Shown here piece by piece: positions 10,427-21,112 of a stretch of 64,000 bases of DNA. The translations under genes and the position numbers were made by a program. Origin of the DNA: Candidatus Bathyarchaeia archaeon (GTDB lineage: Archaea; Thermoproteota; Bathyarchaeia; 40CM-2-53-6); the NCBI GenBank assembly GCA_049513715.1, contig JBEKVV010000002.1, forward strand, positions 96,001 through 160,000, written 5' to 3'. Each line of letters starts with the position of its first letter. Within the stretch, counting starts at the first letter, position 1. Below the pieces are notes generated by a model. That model did not search any database and was not told the origin of the DNA. It saw only the letters and a program-made list of their open reading frames with translations.

Positions 10427-10527
10427 ATCGCATAATACGCGACGGTCGTCTGCGTCCCCTTTCTATCCAGCCTTTTGTTTCCTTTCTATCGTTAATAGGG
10501 CACACATCCATTACTCGTTCATCTAAT

Positions 10528-11148
10528 ATGCGAAGAGCACCTGAGGACTCTGACTTGGAATTTGAGAAGGCCGTGCGAAAGCGGAGAATGGTTCGCAATT
10601 TCCAACCAAAACCTGTTCCGAAGAACTTAGTTGAGAGCATTCTGGAGTTAGCGCAGCACTCCCCTAGCGCAGGATTCAGTCAGGGCTGGGGTTACGTCGT
10701 AATTACCGATGCATATCTGCGCAAGAAGGTTGGGGATCTGCAAGGTGAACAGGATTTCTACGCCAAGAAGCGATTTCACAGGTTTGTATCAGAGGCGCCC
10801 GTCCTGATTATTGCTTGCACCAGCGAAGAGCTCTACCACGAGCGGTACCGTGAACCTGACAAGCTCAACGAAGACGGAACGGAAATAGAGTGGCCTACCC
10901 CGTACTGGCATTTCGACATAGGTTGTGCCTGCATGCTGATTCTACTCGGAGCAGTTGACAAGGGCTTGGCGGCAGCTTTCACCGGCGTATTCCGTGTCCA
11001 AGAAATGAAAGCGCTGCTCCGGATTCCAGAGCACTTCCACCCTGTCGGTGTGATTTCACTCGGGTATCCGGCTGAAGACATCAAGTCTCCTTCACTCAAG
11101 AGAGGGCACCGCCCCGTCAGCCAAGTAGTCCACTACGAACATTGGTAA
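10528..11148 (+). CDS. Nitroreductase family protein
   Basis: RKRRMVRNF, SPSAGFSQ, GLAAAF.G, ISLGYP. Confidence 0.9.
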   Translation: MRRAPEDSDLEFEKAVRKRRMVRNFQPKPVPKNLVESILELAQHSPSAGFSQGWGYVVITDAYLRKKVGDLQGEQDFYAKKRFHRFVSEAPVLIIACTSEELYHERYREPDKLNEDGTEIEWPTPYWHFDIGCACMLILLGAVDKGLAAAFTGVFRVQEMKALLRIPEHFHPVGVISLGYPAEDIKSPSLKRGHRPVSQVVHYEHW

Positions 11149-11163
11149 CGGAATGGTGTGGGC

Positions 11164-11952
11164 TCAGAAGACTTTGTAGATTGGCGAAGATAAGCAAGTG
11201 ACTCCGCCGTCGCCTTTGTAAAACTCCGAAACATCCGCTTCGATAGGCTTGTAGCCTGCCTGTTCCAGTTTCGCTCTGGCCCGCGGGTAGCCGGATGGAA
11301 TCATCACTCGACTGTCTCCCAGGTACAAGGCGTCTGTTGCGTACACTTCTTCCTTTGGAATGGTAACGAATCTGAATCCCAGGAATGAGTCTTGATCCAG
11401 CAGGTCAGGTGCGATGATCATTGTGCGGTTGTTGAGGTAGGCGCATCCGCAGAGAAGATGGAAAAGGCTCGTTTTCAACGGAATCACCTTTCGTTGCTTC
11501 AGCGCTCCAGCGAGCTGCCGAGCTCCATCGGCGTTTGTCCGTGAAGACTGCCCGACGAAGATCTCTTGCTCGGTGACCACGATGTCGCCCCCTTCAAGGG
11601 TGCCGGGTTCATGAACAATAAACGGCGGCCCCACCGCTACCCTTCCTTTCTCCAGCTCCCCCAACAGAGCTTTTTCTTCACCCCTGCGGGTTATCTCGCC
11701 GAACCTTCCGATCACAGAACAACCCTTGCCGAGCACGCCGGGGTCCTGCATGAATACCGAATCTGGAAAATCCTCTAAAGGGGAGAGTTCTACGACCTCC
11801 ACGCCGCACTCCTTGAGTATTGAGATATAGTTGCGATGCTGTTCCTTTGCTAATGTTACATCGATCTTGTCTCTGTCGGGATTTGAGGAAACGCACTTCA
11901 CGTAGCTATTCGACGGCCTCCGAACGAATGCGCAATCAAACAGCCTGCCCAT
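11164..11952 (-). CDS. Dimethylarginine dimethylaminohydrolase / amidinotransferase family
   Basis: FPDSVFMQD, RRGE, LEGGD, SRTN, FHL, GDGGVTCLS. Confidence 0.9.
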   Translation of the reverse strand: MGRLFDCAFVRRPSNSYVKCVSSNPDRDKIDVTLAKEQHRNYISILKECGVEVVELSPLEDFPDSVFMQDPGVLGKGCSVIGRFGEITRRGEEKALLGELEKGRVAVGPPFIVHEPGTLEGGDIVVTEQEIFVGQSSRTNADGARQLAGALKQRKVIPLKTSLFHLLCGCAYLNNRTMIIAPDLLDQDSFLGFRFVTIPKEEVYATDALYLGDSRVMIPSGYPRARAKLEQAGYKPIEADVSEFYKGDGGVTCLSSPIYKVF

Positions 11953-12060
11953 TCGAGTATCGCATTTACATACCACCGGGACGAGCTTATCGCTCTTCTG
12001 TCACAGATGGATGTTGAGCGTCCCCCGATGAACTGGAAAAACCTCTAGGCCTAGGTCGTT

Positions 12061-13239
12061 TCATTCTGGAAGTCTAGGGAAATTCGATAAGTACTCTGCG
12101 CCTCTCGTCGTGTCTAGGATGTCGTCTTCTATTCTGATTCCTCCAATTTTCTTACCATAGATTCCTGGTTCCACGCTGTGGACCATGCCGGGTTGAAGGA
12201 TGTCTTTCGATTCGATGTGTAATGCTGGGATCGGCTCGTGTACGCTGACGCCGATGCCGTGACCGAGTCGATGAACAAGGTATGCGGAGAGCCCATGACG
12301 TTGGATCACCTCGATTGAGGTTCTTGCGATTTCTGCAGCACTCACTTCAGGCTCGATGGCTTCGATGGACGTCCTCTCCGAATCCAAGACGGCCTCAAGA
12401 AGCATCCTCTGTTGCTTGCTCGGTTTTCCAACCGTGAATGTTCGAGTCGTATCAGAGCTGTAGCCATCAACAACCACGTCAAGTTCCAACATCACCAAAT
12501 CCCCCCGGCGCATCTTTCGCTTAGTGTTTCCGATCACGTACTTGTAAGCCTCGGCAGTCAATGGCCCAGAGGCGACGTATGCGCATGCCACGACTCGGTG
12601 GGCGTTGTGCTTAAGCACACCCTCCGTAATGATTTGGTGTTCTATCTTCGCAGACAATTCAATCTCAGTCAACCCTGCTTTGATGTTTGTCCGGAATGTT
12701 TCCAAGCCGATTCTTGCGACACGGTTCGCTTTTCTCAGCGCTTTCACTTCTTCTTCCGTCTTTATGGACCTCGACTTCACCAGCAGCGCCGTTGAATCTT
12801 TCAAATTGTAAGCCTCGAGCTTCTGCTTCAGAGTGGCCAGAGTCTTTTCGCCGAGCACGTTCATCTCGTACCGTAAAGGTGTTCCAAGGACCAATTCCCA
12901 CCCATGCTCAACGCCTACGTTTCCGGAGTTGATTCCGAGGTCTGACAACGCTTTACGGACGTAGTCCGTGCCCATTTCGAGGGCGCTTCCAAGATGCTCG
13001 TAATTTTCGGGTTTGTAGAACCTCACATCCTGAACCCAAGTCGGCGGGAGAGTCTCCCCGCCGGGATGGATGAGGATCGGGTCTTTCTCAAGAGGAAAGA
13101 CCAGGTAGCTTAGCCCTCGGCCGCACCAGGCCGATGAAAGGTACGTGACGTTCTCAGGGATCCGCAAAATCAAAGCTTCGAGCCGCTCCTGCCGCATCGC
13201 TTCTCGCACACGGCCGAGTTTCACTCCGTCCCTCTGCAA
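12061..13239 (-). CDS. Xaa-Pro peptidase (M24)
   Basis: GYSSDTTRT, HRLGHGIG.SVHEP, SVEPGIY, GIRIEDD. Confidence 0.93.
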   Translation of the reverse strand: MQRDGVKLGRVREAMRQERLEALILRIPENVTYLSSAWCGRGLSYLVFPLEKDPILIHPGGETLPPTWVQDVRFYKPENYEHLGSALEMGTDYVRKALSDLGINSGNVGVEHGWELVLGTPLRYEMNVLGEKTLATLKQKLEAYNLKDSTALLVKSRSIKTEEEVKALRKANRVARIGLETFRTNIKAGLTEIELSAKIEHQIITEGVLKHNAHRVVACAYVASGPLTAEAYKYVIGNTKRKMRRGDLVMLELDVVVDGYSSDTTRTFTVGKPSKQQRMLLEAVLDSERTSIEAIEPEVSAAEIARTSIEVIQRHGLSAYLVHRLGHGIGVSVHEPIPALHIESKDILQPGMVHSVEPGIYGKKIGGIRIEDDILDTTRGAEYLSNFPRLPE

Positions 13240-13353
13240 TCTTCAAACGCCTAGGCGGCCTGTGTTTTCCTTCAATGTTAAGACTTTTCTGAAGGCGGAG
13301 AGAACAGCTCGTAGGGAAGCGGTAGTTCGTTATTTTGAGTGGAGGTCTGAGGT

Positions 13354-14217
13354 ATGGAAGAACGTCACGTCGAAATGCCGTCCGAATGGAAGGGAATTGT
13401 GCCAACAGAGGTCTTTATTGAAGAAGGTAAGCGGCTCGTCGAGGAAGCCTCGAAACGAGACTTACCCTTGAGGATGCTCGGGGGCGTTGCGATTCGAATT
13501 CATTGCGCAGAATTCGCAGACTTCGCAAAGAAACTGACACGGCTTGGTGAGGGGCAGCAGGAGTACACCGACCTCGACTTCATGTCTTACTTCAAGTTGC
13601 GCAAGAAGATGCCGGAGTTCTTCAGTGAAATGGGTTACGAGAAAAGACCCACGACCATGTCCACCGCAGCAACCCAACGCCACATTTACTTCCACCCGAA
13701 GGGCTGGTTCTCTGTCGATGTCTTCTTCGACAAATTGCTCGCAGCCAACCACCCACTGGATTTCAGAGGACGGCTGGACCTTGATTCCCCAACGATAACG
13801 CCAATCGACATGTTGCTCGAAAAGTTGCAGATAGTCTTCCCAGCCGAGAAGGACGTGAAAGACGCCATGTTGTTGCTCCGGGCGCACGAAATAAGCTCAG
13901 GTGAAGAGAAGAATAAGTTGAACGCGAAACTTGTCGCGGAACTGGTTTCGTCGGACTGGGGCTTCTGGTACACTGCCACAACAAACATCAAAGGACTACA
14001 TCAGCATGTTCTCGACTTGCAGAATCTGATTGAAGAAGACAAGCAAGATATTACGTCGAAGTTGGACGCACTTCTGCAGGCGATTGATGCCGAGCCAAAG
14101 AGCACAGGGTGGAAGATGCGTTCAGTCATCGGGGCCAAACGCCAATGGTACAACCCAGTTGAAACCGCCCAGACTGTAGGCGAGTTTGGAATCTGGAAGC
14201 TCCGAGAAAGAAAGTAA
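13354..14217 (+). CDS. Uncharacterised protein, putative Pol-beta-type nucleotidyltransferase fold
   Basis: LGGVAI...YTDLDF (GG..DxD) and a later VDVF. Confidence 0.6.
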   Translation: MEERHVEMPSEWKGIVPTEVFIEEGKRLVEEASKRDLPLRMLGGVAIRIHCAEFADFAKKLTRLGEGQQEYTDLDFMSYFKLRKKMPEFFSEMGYEKRPTTMSTAATQRHIYFHPKGWFSVDVFFDKLLAANHPLDFRGRLDLDSPTITPIDMLLEKLQIVFPAEKDVKDAMLLLRAHEISSGEEKNKLNAKLVAELVSSDWGFWYTATTNIKGLHQHVLDLQNLIEEDKQDITSKLDALLQAIDAEPKSTGWKMRSVIGAKRQWYNPVETAQTVGEFGIWKLRERK

Positions 14218-14298
14218 CCGTTCACTTAACGGTTCGGTGCTCTAAGGGTATATATTCGCCGAGCTTTTCGATAGCGTCTTCAAACGGAAGTCTGCCCT

Positions 14299-15699
14299 AT
14301 GGAAGACGTACTGAAATCATTGACTAACCGAGCTCTCGACTTGGGCGCCCAATATTCAGATGCAAGATTTCAAGATCTTAGGCAGACGCTTGTCGTTGTG
14401 GAGAATGGGGCAATCCGCAGTTACGAATCAGATAAGCTGACTGGAGTCGGCATTAGGGTTCTGGTCGGTGGGGCTTGGGGAATAGCCTCCTCCTCAGTTC
14501 TGACCAAAACTGTGATGAGGCAGAAGGTGGCGGAGGCAGTTCGAATGGCTAAAGCCGCCAAGAAGTTAACCCGAGCTGTTCAACTAGCCAAAGTGAAGGC
14601 TGCCGACGCCACGGTCAAGCTCCCCATTAAGACCAACCCTGATGATGTCCCTCCCGACGTCAAAGTCAAGCTTCTCCTTGAAGCCAACAAAGCAGCCGTC
14701 ACAGGACCAGAAATCAAGAACTCAACCTCACGGTTGGGCTTCCACCACGACGTTCGAATGTTCGTATCATCGGAGGGCGCGAACGTCAGGACGGACATAA
14801 CCATGTCCGGTTTTGGACAACTCAGTGTCGCTCAAGCGAATGGGTCTATGGAACGCGTTCCGGAACAAAGGTCTCAGTGCGCTGGTTACGAATTCATCGA
14901 ATCTGGCGACTGGAACACGTTCTCTTCTGAAGTCTCCCACCTAGCGGCAAAGGTTGTGATCGCGCCAATGCCGCCCGCTGGAACCTACCCTGCGGTTCTA
15001 GACCCAGAACTCATTGGCCTGTTCTTGCATGAAGCGCTTGGCCACGCATCAGAAGGAGACCTAGTCACTTCCAAGGAATCAGTTCTTGAAGGCCGTGTGG
15101 GAGAAACCATCGCCAATGAAAATGTCACGATGTACGATGATGGTGCGATTGATGGTGGTTATCAGGTTCCTTTTGACGACGAAGGAGTTCCGAAGACCAA
15201 GACCACCATCATAGAAAGAGGTAGGTTGCAGGGCTTCCTCCTGTCACGAGACACAGCACCTGAACTGCAATTGGAACCGACGGGCAACGCTAGAGCCCAA
15301 AACTTCGAGAACAAGCCGATTGTTCGCATGACGAACGTGTACATGCAGCCGGGGGACTTCCCATTTCAGGACCTAGTTCGGGAGATTGATTACGGCTTCT
15401 ACATTCGTGGCCGAGGTAGCTTGGGGGGGCAGGTCGATGTGGGAGGAGGGACATTCACCTTCCGCGCCGGCCCATCCTACTTGATTGAGAAAGGCGAAGT
15501 GAAACACATGGTGCGAGCTGTCACTTTGGCTGGAAAAATCCTCGAAACGCTCAGGACGATCAATGCGGTGGGCAAAGACTTCAGCGTAACTACGAGTGTT
15601 TTCGGCGGATGCGGCAAAGATGGCCAGCTGGCAAAGGTCGGTGACGGAGGCCCACACGTAAGGTTGGGCAAGCTTACGATAGGAGGAAGAGCTGATTGA
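14299..15699 (+). CDS. tldD: TldD metalloprotease
   Basis: HEALGHASEGD, FDDEG, TGNAR, RMTN, GCGKDGQ. Confidence 0.93.
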   Translation: MEDVLKSLTNRALDLGAQYSDARFQDLRQTLVVVENGAIRSYESDKLTGVGIRVLVGGAWGIASSSVLTKTVMRQKVAEAVRMAKAAKKLTRAVQLAKVKAADATVKLPIKTNPDDVPPDVKVKLLLEANKAAVTGPEIKNSTSRLGFHHDVRMFVSSEGANVRTDITMSGFGQLSVAQANGSMERVPEQRSQCAGYEFIESGDWNTFSSEVSHLAAKVVIAPMPPAGTYPAVLDPELIGLFLHEALGHASEGDLVTSKESVLEGRVGETIANENVTMYDDGAIDGGYQVPFDDEGVPKTKTTIIERGRLQGFLLSRDTAPELQLEPTGNARAQNFENKPIVRMTNVYMQPGDFPFQDLVREIDYGFYIRGRGSLGGQVDVGGGTFTFRAGPSYLIEKGEVKHMVRAVTLAGKILETLRTINAVGKDFSVTTSVFGGCGKDGQLAKVGDGGPHVRLGKLTIGGRAD

Positions 15700-17066
15700 C
15701 CAAGATTCTTGCCGCAGCGGAAGCCGCCGTCAAACTCGCCATGAAGAGGGGCTTCGACGAGGCCGAAGCTTTCAGCACAAAAACAACCCGACGTGAAATC
15801 ATATACCGCAACGCGATCGAGGCGACAATGAGCAACACGATCGCGGGTCTAAGCATTCGGGGTGTCGTGGACAAACGAATAGGGTTCTACTCGGTTTCAT
15901 CATTGGAGCGAGCTGACATAGAGAACGCCGTCGAGCAATCGTTGAAGATTGCGAAGGCCAACACACAGGACCAAGACTGGAAGTCGTTAACCCGCAAGCA
16001 TGGAAAAGCCGCAGTGCAGAAAGTCTTCGACAAAAGGATTGAGAGCCTCTCGGCTAAAGATCTCGTCGGGGAAGTCCAACTAGCGGTTGACACCGTCACT
16101 GAAGTGGATTCGTCGCTTTCGATTACGCGAGGAATTCTTTCAACCACTATTGTCTCCAATGCAATCGCGAACAGCCACGGATGCAAACTTGAGAGGAAGG
16201 AAACCTTTGCCTCTACTTGGATTGCGGTAACTGCAGGTTCTTCCGGAAAGAAAGGCATAGGCCACGAAGCGAGACAAACACGGTCTTGGAAGAGCTTGAA
16301 CACCGAGCATATTGCTGAAACTGTTGCCGAGCGGGCCTTGAAGATGGTCAACGCAACTTCAATTTCGAATGGAAAGATGGACGCTGTCTGGAGAAACGAT
16401 GCCTTCGCAGCCATACTCGACGCAATGCTGACTCGAACAGTGACGGCAGACGCTGTTCAAAAGCACAGGTCACCTTGGGTGGGGAAAGTTGGCCAACCCG
16501 TTGCCAGTGAGCAGGTATCCCTGATCGACGAAGGAAAAATGCCGGGCGGCCTTGGCACACGACAATTCGACGATGACGGAACACCGCAGAGAAGCACACC
16601 CGTAATCGAGAAGGGAGTTTTGAGGGGTTTCCTATACGACGTTTACACTGCGTCCAAGGAAAACCGACAGTCCACCGGCAATGCCCGCAGAGAAGGTGGG
16701 CTATTCTCCACACGCCCGAACTACACGCAAGCGCCATTCCCATACCCAAACAACCTCATATTGAAACCCCAAACCGCAGCGCCAGAAGAGGTCATAAAAG
16801 AAACTGGGAAAGGAGTCTACATCGTAGAGACCATAGGCGAATGGCTCTCCAACCCAATCAGTGGCGACCTCAGCGCAGCCATCAGCAGCGGATTCAAAAT
16901 CGAAAATGGAGAGCTCGGAGCCGCGGTCAAGGGCGGTATCGTGACGGCGAACTTCTTCGAAATCCTCAAAGGGAAGATGGATTTGAGGGCGAACGACTTA
17001 GACAGCTCAGGAGCCGTCTACGCCCCAACAACCCAAGTGCTCGACATGACAATCGCTGGAGAATAG
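15696..17066 (+). CDS. pmbA: PmbA/TldE partner subunit
   Basis: FDDDG, STGNA, no HExxxH; overlaps tldD stop. Confidence 0.9.
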   Translation: MTKILAAAEAAVKLAMKRGFDEAEAFSTKTTRREIIYRNAIEATMSNTIAGLSIRGVVDKRIGFYSVSSLERADIENAVEQSLKIAKANTQDQDWKSLTRKHGKAAVQKVFDKRIESLSAKDLVGEVQLAVDTVTEVDSSLSITRGILSTTIVSNAIANSHGCKLERKETFASTWIAVTAGSSGKKGIGHEARQTRSWKSLNTEHIAETVAERALKMVNATSISNGKMDAVWRNDAFAAILDAMLTRTVTADAVQKHRSPWVGKVGQPVASEQVSLIDEGKMPGGLGTRQFDDDGTPQRSTPVIEKGVLRGFLYDVYTASKENRQSTGNARREGGLFSTRPNYTQAPFPYPNNLILKPQTAAPEEVIKETGKGVYIVETIGEWLSNPISGDLSAAISSGFKIENGELGAAVKGGIVTANFFEILKGKMDLRANDLDSSGAVYAPTTQVLDMTIAGE

Positions 17067-17213
17067 ACTAGAGAAGGATGGGAAGGTGGCATCTGACGGT
17101 TTTGTTGTTTTGTTTTGCGAGTATCATGAATCTGTTCGGCCGGCTGAGGTAGGTCGCCGTGATAATGGTATTGCCAAGCTTCATACGTTCGTTCCCTAGC
17201 TTTGAACCAATGA

Positions 17214-17753
17214 TTGGCATTGACTAAACATAAGATCCCTTTGGGCCTCGGGAATTGTGTTGAAGTTCTGGGGGTTCTCCTCGCAATCTATCTTTTGGTT
17301 CTGGCGGCGGACGCATCAAATCTCTATCTCAGGTTTTTCATGTACTTGATTTCATGGGGATGCTTCCTATTCTTTCCCCATTGTTTGGCGCATTTCCTCG
17401 TAGGTTCCACTGTTGGTGTACGTTTCAAATTCTATTACTTGGGAAGGTCGGGTGTCAGCAAACTCAGATTGCCCGTGGTGAGCTTACTTGCTGCGCGTGC
17501 TCCGGTTCTGACGTTGGTGGTTGACCTCAAGTCCTTGAGTGCAGTGAGCCCTGGCCGACGGGCGGTGATGTATGCTTCAGGTGCTGCTGCCTCAATGATT
17601 CTCCCGTTCATAGTCGTGGCGGCCTCTTTTCCTCATCTGCCTCTTCCGCTGACTGCTGTTTTTGTCCTTTTTTCCGTTGCCAACCTCACCTTCGACCTAT
17701 ATTACAGCCCCAAAGCAGGTGATATATCCAGAGGACGAGCAACCGCAAGATGA
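17214..17753 (+). CDS. Membrane protein with M50-peptidase-like HxxxH motif
   Basis: PHCLAH in a TM segment, ASGAAAS, N..FD...PKAGD near C-terminus. Confidence 0.5.
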   Translation: MALTKHKIPLGLGNCVEVLGVLLAIYLLVLAADASNLYLRFFMYLISWGCFLFFPHCLAHFLVGSTVGVRFKFYYLGRSGVSKLRLPVVSLLAARAPVLTLVVDLKSLSAVSPGRRAVMYASGAAASMILPFIVVAASFPHLPLPLTAVFVLFSVANLTFDLYYSPKAGDISRGRATAR

Positions 17754-17826
17754 ATGATAGGTATTTGTGAAGTCCGAGGCCATTCTTAATTATCGGATTT
17801 TTCATGTGGGAACCAGTGACGTTTAC

Positions 17827-18804
17827 ATGAATTATCGCCGTTTAGGAAGTGCAGGCCTGAAGGTCAGTGAGCTTTCCTTGGGTGCCTGGGTTACGTACGG
17901 CGGGCAGGTGGGCGAAGACGCGGCTTTGAAGTGTATGTCCGCGGCGTACGACGCTGGGGTCAACTTCTTCGACAACGCAGAAGCGTACGCCAGCGGAAAT
18001 GCTGAGACGGTCATGGGTAATGTGATTAAGAAGTTGGGCTGGCGTCGCGAGAGCATAGTCGTTTCCAGCAAAGTCTTCTGGGGCGGAGGGGGACCTAATG
18101 ACCAAGGGCTCAGCCGCAAGCACATTTACGAAGCCTGCCGAAACTCCATGAAGCGCCTCCAACTTGACTACTTGGACCTGTTCTTCTGCCACCGACCAGA
18201 CCCTACAACGCCCATTGAGGAAACGGTTCGTGCCATGGACGACTTGGTTCATCAGGGTGAGATTCTGTATTGGGGAACCTCGGAGTGGAACGCGGCTGAC
18301 ATAATGCGCGCCCACGGTATCGCCCGAGAACAGCACCTGACTCCCCCGCAGATGGAACAGCCGCAGTACAATATGTTGCACCGGGATCGAGTGGAAAAGG
18401 AGTACCTGCCACTCTACCGGGAAATCGGGTTGGGCACGACCATTTGGAGCCCGCTCGCCTCGGGTTTACTTAGCGGAAAATATAACGATGGAATTCCTCC
18501 CAACACTCGCGCCTCCCTGAAAGGGTACGAATGGTTGCGGCAATACCTCCTCACACCGCAAAACATTGAGAAGGTGAAACAGCTACAACCACTAGCCAAA
18601 GACCTCGGATGCACCATGCCTCAACTGGCCTTAGCTTGGTGTTTGAAGAACCCGAACATAAGCACGGTGATAACAAGCGCAACCCGACCTGAGCAGGTTG
18701 TGGAGAACATGAAATCGGCGGAAGTTGCTCAGAATCTGTCCGCAGAGCTGATGGAGCGAATCGACGGTATTTTAGGAAACAAACCTCAGCCTGATGAAGA
18801 CTGA
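17827..18804 (+). CDS. Aldo/keto reductase (Kv-beta-like)
   Basis: [43 protein letters not shown]. Confidence 0.95.
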   Translation: MNYRRLGSAGLKVSELSLGAWVTYGGQVGEDAALKCMSAAYDAGVNFFDNAEAYASGNAETVMGNVIKKLGWRRESIVVSSKVFWGGGGPNDQGLSRKHIYEACRNSMKRLQLDYLDLFFCHRPDPTTPIEETVRAMDDLVHQGEILYWGTSEWNAADIMRAHGIAREQHLTPPQMEQPQYNMLHRDRVEKEYLPLYREIGLGTTIWSPLASGLLSGKYNDGIPPNTRASLKGYEWLRQYLLTPQNIEKVKQLQPLAKDLGCTMPQLALAWCLKNPNISTVITSATRPEQVVENMKSAEVAQNLSAELMERIDGILGNKPQPDED

Positions 18805-18870
18805 GCGCTTGAATCAAGCAATGCCCTGAGCTTCCTGAAGTCTTCTTTAACCAATGTTTTATATTACTGA

Positions 18871-20046
18871 ATGACGCTATTCAGCTGTCGGTTTACGCTT
18901 ATGACCAACGGCTCATTTCTGAATGGCAAGATAGGGAAACCGTTCGTTGAAGCCAACCAATCTATGAAGAAATTCCTTGACAAGGTGGACGCAGAATCAA
19001 GTCAGGAAAGTTACTGTTACGCGATATGGCAGTATTCGCAGTGGGCTAAGAGAACGCCCGACCAACTACTAGCGGAAAGAAAGGCTGAAGATGAAGCCAC
19101 TCAAACAAAGAAAGCCACGAACGGCTACAACGCATTGGACCTAGCTCAAGATTTCATCAAGCACGGCGAAATAGACACGGTTAGAGAATATCCAACCGGC
19201 ACAAAGACTGAGAGAACCATTAGGATCCATGAACTCAGCCGGAAGCGCAGAGAGCTACTATACGCGGCCATTCGGGCATTCTACAAACACAATCGAGTTG
19301 CCCTACCTGCAGAGAAATTCAAAATTGCAGAGAACCACACCGATCAGAACGCCGTCGAGCCAAAAACAACCTACATGACCCTTGACCAGGGCAGGGACAT
19401 AATGAAAGCATCGAAGAGTCCCTACCGGGAATTATTCGCCTGCCAGATATACGGCGGACTGGGAAGGCGAGAGGTTCTACTGATAAACGCGATGTGGCCT
19501 CGGCTGAAGGAACAGATGAAAGGCAGAGACTGGAACGGTACCATATTACAGTTAGATTACAACTTCAGGAAAAGCAATGAAGGCGAAGACTCGAAGTTCT
19601 TCACGTTCATACCCGCCAAGATCCTTGAACCCTTCAAGGACGCCCCGATGCCCTTCACAGTGAAAGGTAAACCGATGCAGGGCTGGCACCTATACAAGGT
19701 ATGGCATAACGCATGCAAAAGGGCAGGGGTCGAGGACGGGGTTAGACCTCACCTATACAGAGATTTGATGATGACGGATGGATTTGTCAACGCCAAGATA
19801 CCTCAAGAATACTTGCAGTTCATGACAGGGCATACAGTGGATAAGAACTACTACCTGCAGTTGGCGAAGAAGCCTACGAAGGTTCTTGAGGAATGGCAGA
19901 AGTGGAGAGCCTACATTGAAAGCGAGCTGCTCAATGAGGCTACGCAAAAAGAATTGGAAACTAGAGATCTTGAAATGCAGGCTTTGAAGCAGCAAATCAA
20001 GACGCTTGAAGGCCGGTTCGAGGTTCTGATGCGTGAGAAAGCCTAG
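18871..20046 (+). CDS. Tyrosine recombinase/integrase (start may be 18901 or 18964)
   Basis: RPHLYR (HxxR), MTGH, downstream YY, N-terminal TPDQLL core-binding region, C-terminal coiled coil. Confidence 0.85.
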   Translation: MTLFSCRFTLMTNGSFLNGKIGKPFVEANQSMKKFLDKVDAESSQESYCYAIWQYSQWAKRTPDQLLAERKAEDEATQTKKATNGYNALDLAQDFIKHGEIDTVREYPTGTKTERTIRIHELSRKRRELLYAAIRAFYKHNRVALPAEKFKIAENHTDQNAVEPKTTYMTLDQGRDIMKASKSPYRELFACQIYGGLGRREVLLINAMWPRLKEQMKGRDWNGTILQLDYNFRKSNEGEDSKFFTFIPAKILEPFKDAPMPFTVKGKPMQGWHLYKVWHNACKRAGVEDGVRPHLYRDLMMTDGFVNAKIPQEYLQFMTGHTVDKNYYLQLAKKPTKVLEEWQKWRAYIESELLNEATQKELETRDLEMQALKQQIKTLEGRFEVLMREKA

Positions 20047-20055
20047 TGGATTCGT

Positions 20056-20718
20056 CTACATCTCCTGCCTCAGACCCGGGACTGGGTCAAACGCAAGGTA
20101 ATCCTCGATGAACTTTGCATCTAGTCTGCTAGTCTGGCGCTCTAGTCTTCCTTTTGGAAAACGATTCAGAAAATAGACTAGGTAATCTCTCGCCGAAGCC
20201 TGAACTGCCTCGCGGTGCTTTAAGAGAATGGGTGCTTCTTGCCCCAAGTTGTACCAATCATTGAGCATCATCTCCGTTGCCACGCGGATCCAATTGCCTG
20301 CGACTTTCGGATTACGAAATCTTGAGGCCCAGACATGTATTGCTATCATGTCAAATAGTATCCAGATGAACTTGTCATAGTACCCTATTGCTGCATGTTC
20401 TCCTTTAGCAGCGTACTTCGCGTGGAGGGCAAGTTGTTTCTCAAGAATCTCCTTCGCTTCTCGTTTAGATGGCGTGCTCGGCATGTTAAGGCCGTATATT
20501 ACGGTCGGAGGGTGCGACTCCGTTTTCACGTTTCGTCGAATTGACCCTTCATTCTCACCGTCCTTTAGGTAGCGACTCAGGGTTGTGGGACTGAGTCCGT
20601 CAGCCTCGGCCTTCTTCTTGAGTTCGCTCCAAGTCTTGCCTGATTCCCCCGGAGGCCCGAGATAACCTCTGATCTTCTTCTTGATTTCCTCTTGTTTCTT
20701 GTATGTGGGATGTACCAT
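20056..20718 (-). CDS. Winged-helix transcriptional regulator
   Basis: TWSELKKK....LSPTTLSRYLK....G.I.R.......PP.V.Y.L. Confidence 0.75.
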   Translation of the reverse strand: MVHPTYKKQEEIKKKIRGYLGPPGESGKTWSELKKKAEADGLSPTTLSRYLKDGENEGSIRRNVKTESHPPTVIYGLNMPSTPSKREAKEILEKQLALHAKYAAKGEHAAIGYYDKFIWILFDMIAIHVWASRFRNPKVAGNWIRVATEMMLNDWYNLGQEAPILLKHREAVQASARDYLVYFLNRFPKGRLERQTSRLDAKFIEDYLAFDPVPGLRQEM

Positions 20719-20750
20719 GTAGTTCGCACTTCGGTACTAAGTAGCGTTAA

Positions 20751-20770
20751 GCATACCCGCCTATGTATGC
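20751..20770. promoter_or_regulatory. Palindromic operator candidate between divergent wHTH and RHH genes
   Basis: GCATAC-N8-GTATGC directly after TTAA. Confidence 0.45.
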
Positions 20771-20798
20771 CTTGCGCACAAAGGGTTTGTTGATGACG

Positions 20799-20972
20799 AT
20801 GACTGATACAACATTAAGAGTCTCCAAGGAAGTTCGAGACGAGCTGGCAAAGCTAGGCTCCAAAGAAGACTCTTTCGATGCGATTCTGCGACGACTACTT
20901 GAGCGCTCCGAGGAAGGCGCTGAACTCACCCCTAGAAAATCGAACCCATACAGGAGAGGCGGCAGGGAATGA
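20799..20972 (+). CDS. Ribbon-helix-helix / antitoxin-like DNA-binding protein
   Basis: TTLRVSKEVRDELAKLG...SFDAILRRLL. Confidence 0.8.
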   Translation: MTDTTLRVSKEVRDELAKLGSKEDSFDAILRRLLERSEEGAELTPRKSNPYRRGGRE

Positions 20973-21112
20973 CTCCGCAAGACCTCGGCAAGCGAGTTTT
21001 CAGACTTTTGAACATCACGAAAGGTGATGAAATCATTTTCTTTCGCGACAAAATCACCGGCGGCATCTTAGTCGCCAAGGGAAAGGAAGGAGGGGACCAG
21101 AGCAATGTCTGA
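20969..21112 (+). CDS. Small AbrB-like protein (47 aa, absent from ORF track)
   Basis: MTPQDLGKRVFRLLNITKGDEIIFFRDKITGGILVAK...; ATGA overlap with upstream gene and overlap with next start. Confidence 0.55.
   Translation: MTPQDLGKRVFRLLNITKGDEIIFFRDKITGGILVAKGKEGGDQSNV

Noticed and set aside
7047..17753. Possible RiPP cluster (TldD/E, CPBP, nitroreductase, LLM)
   Set aside because: No YcaO, radical SAM or precursor peptide, and mixed gene orientations.
18805..18870. attL/attR direct repeat with 32230-32336
   Set aside because: Only a 7-bp match (GAATCAA); expected by chance, and no tRNA fragment.
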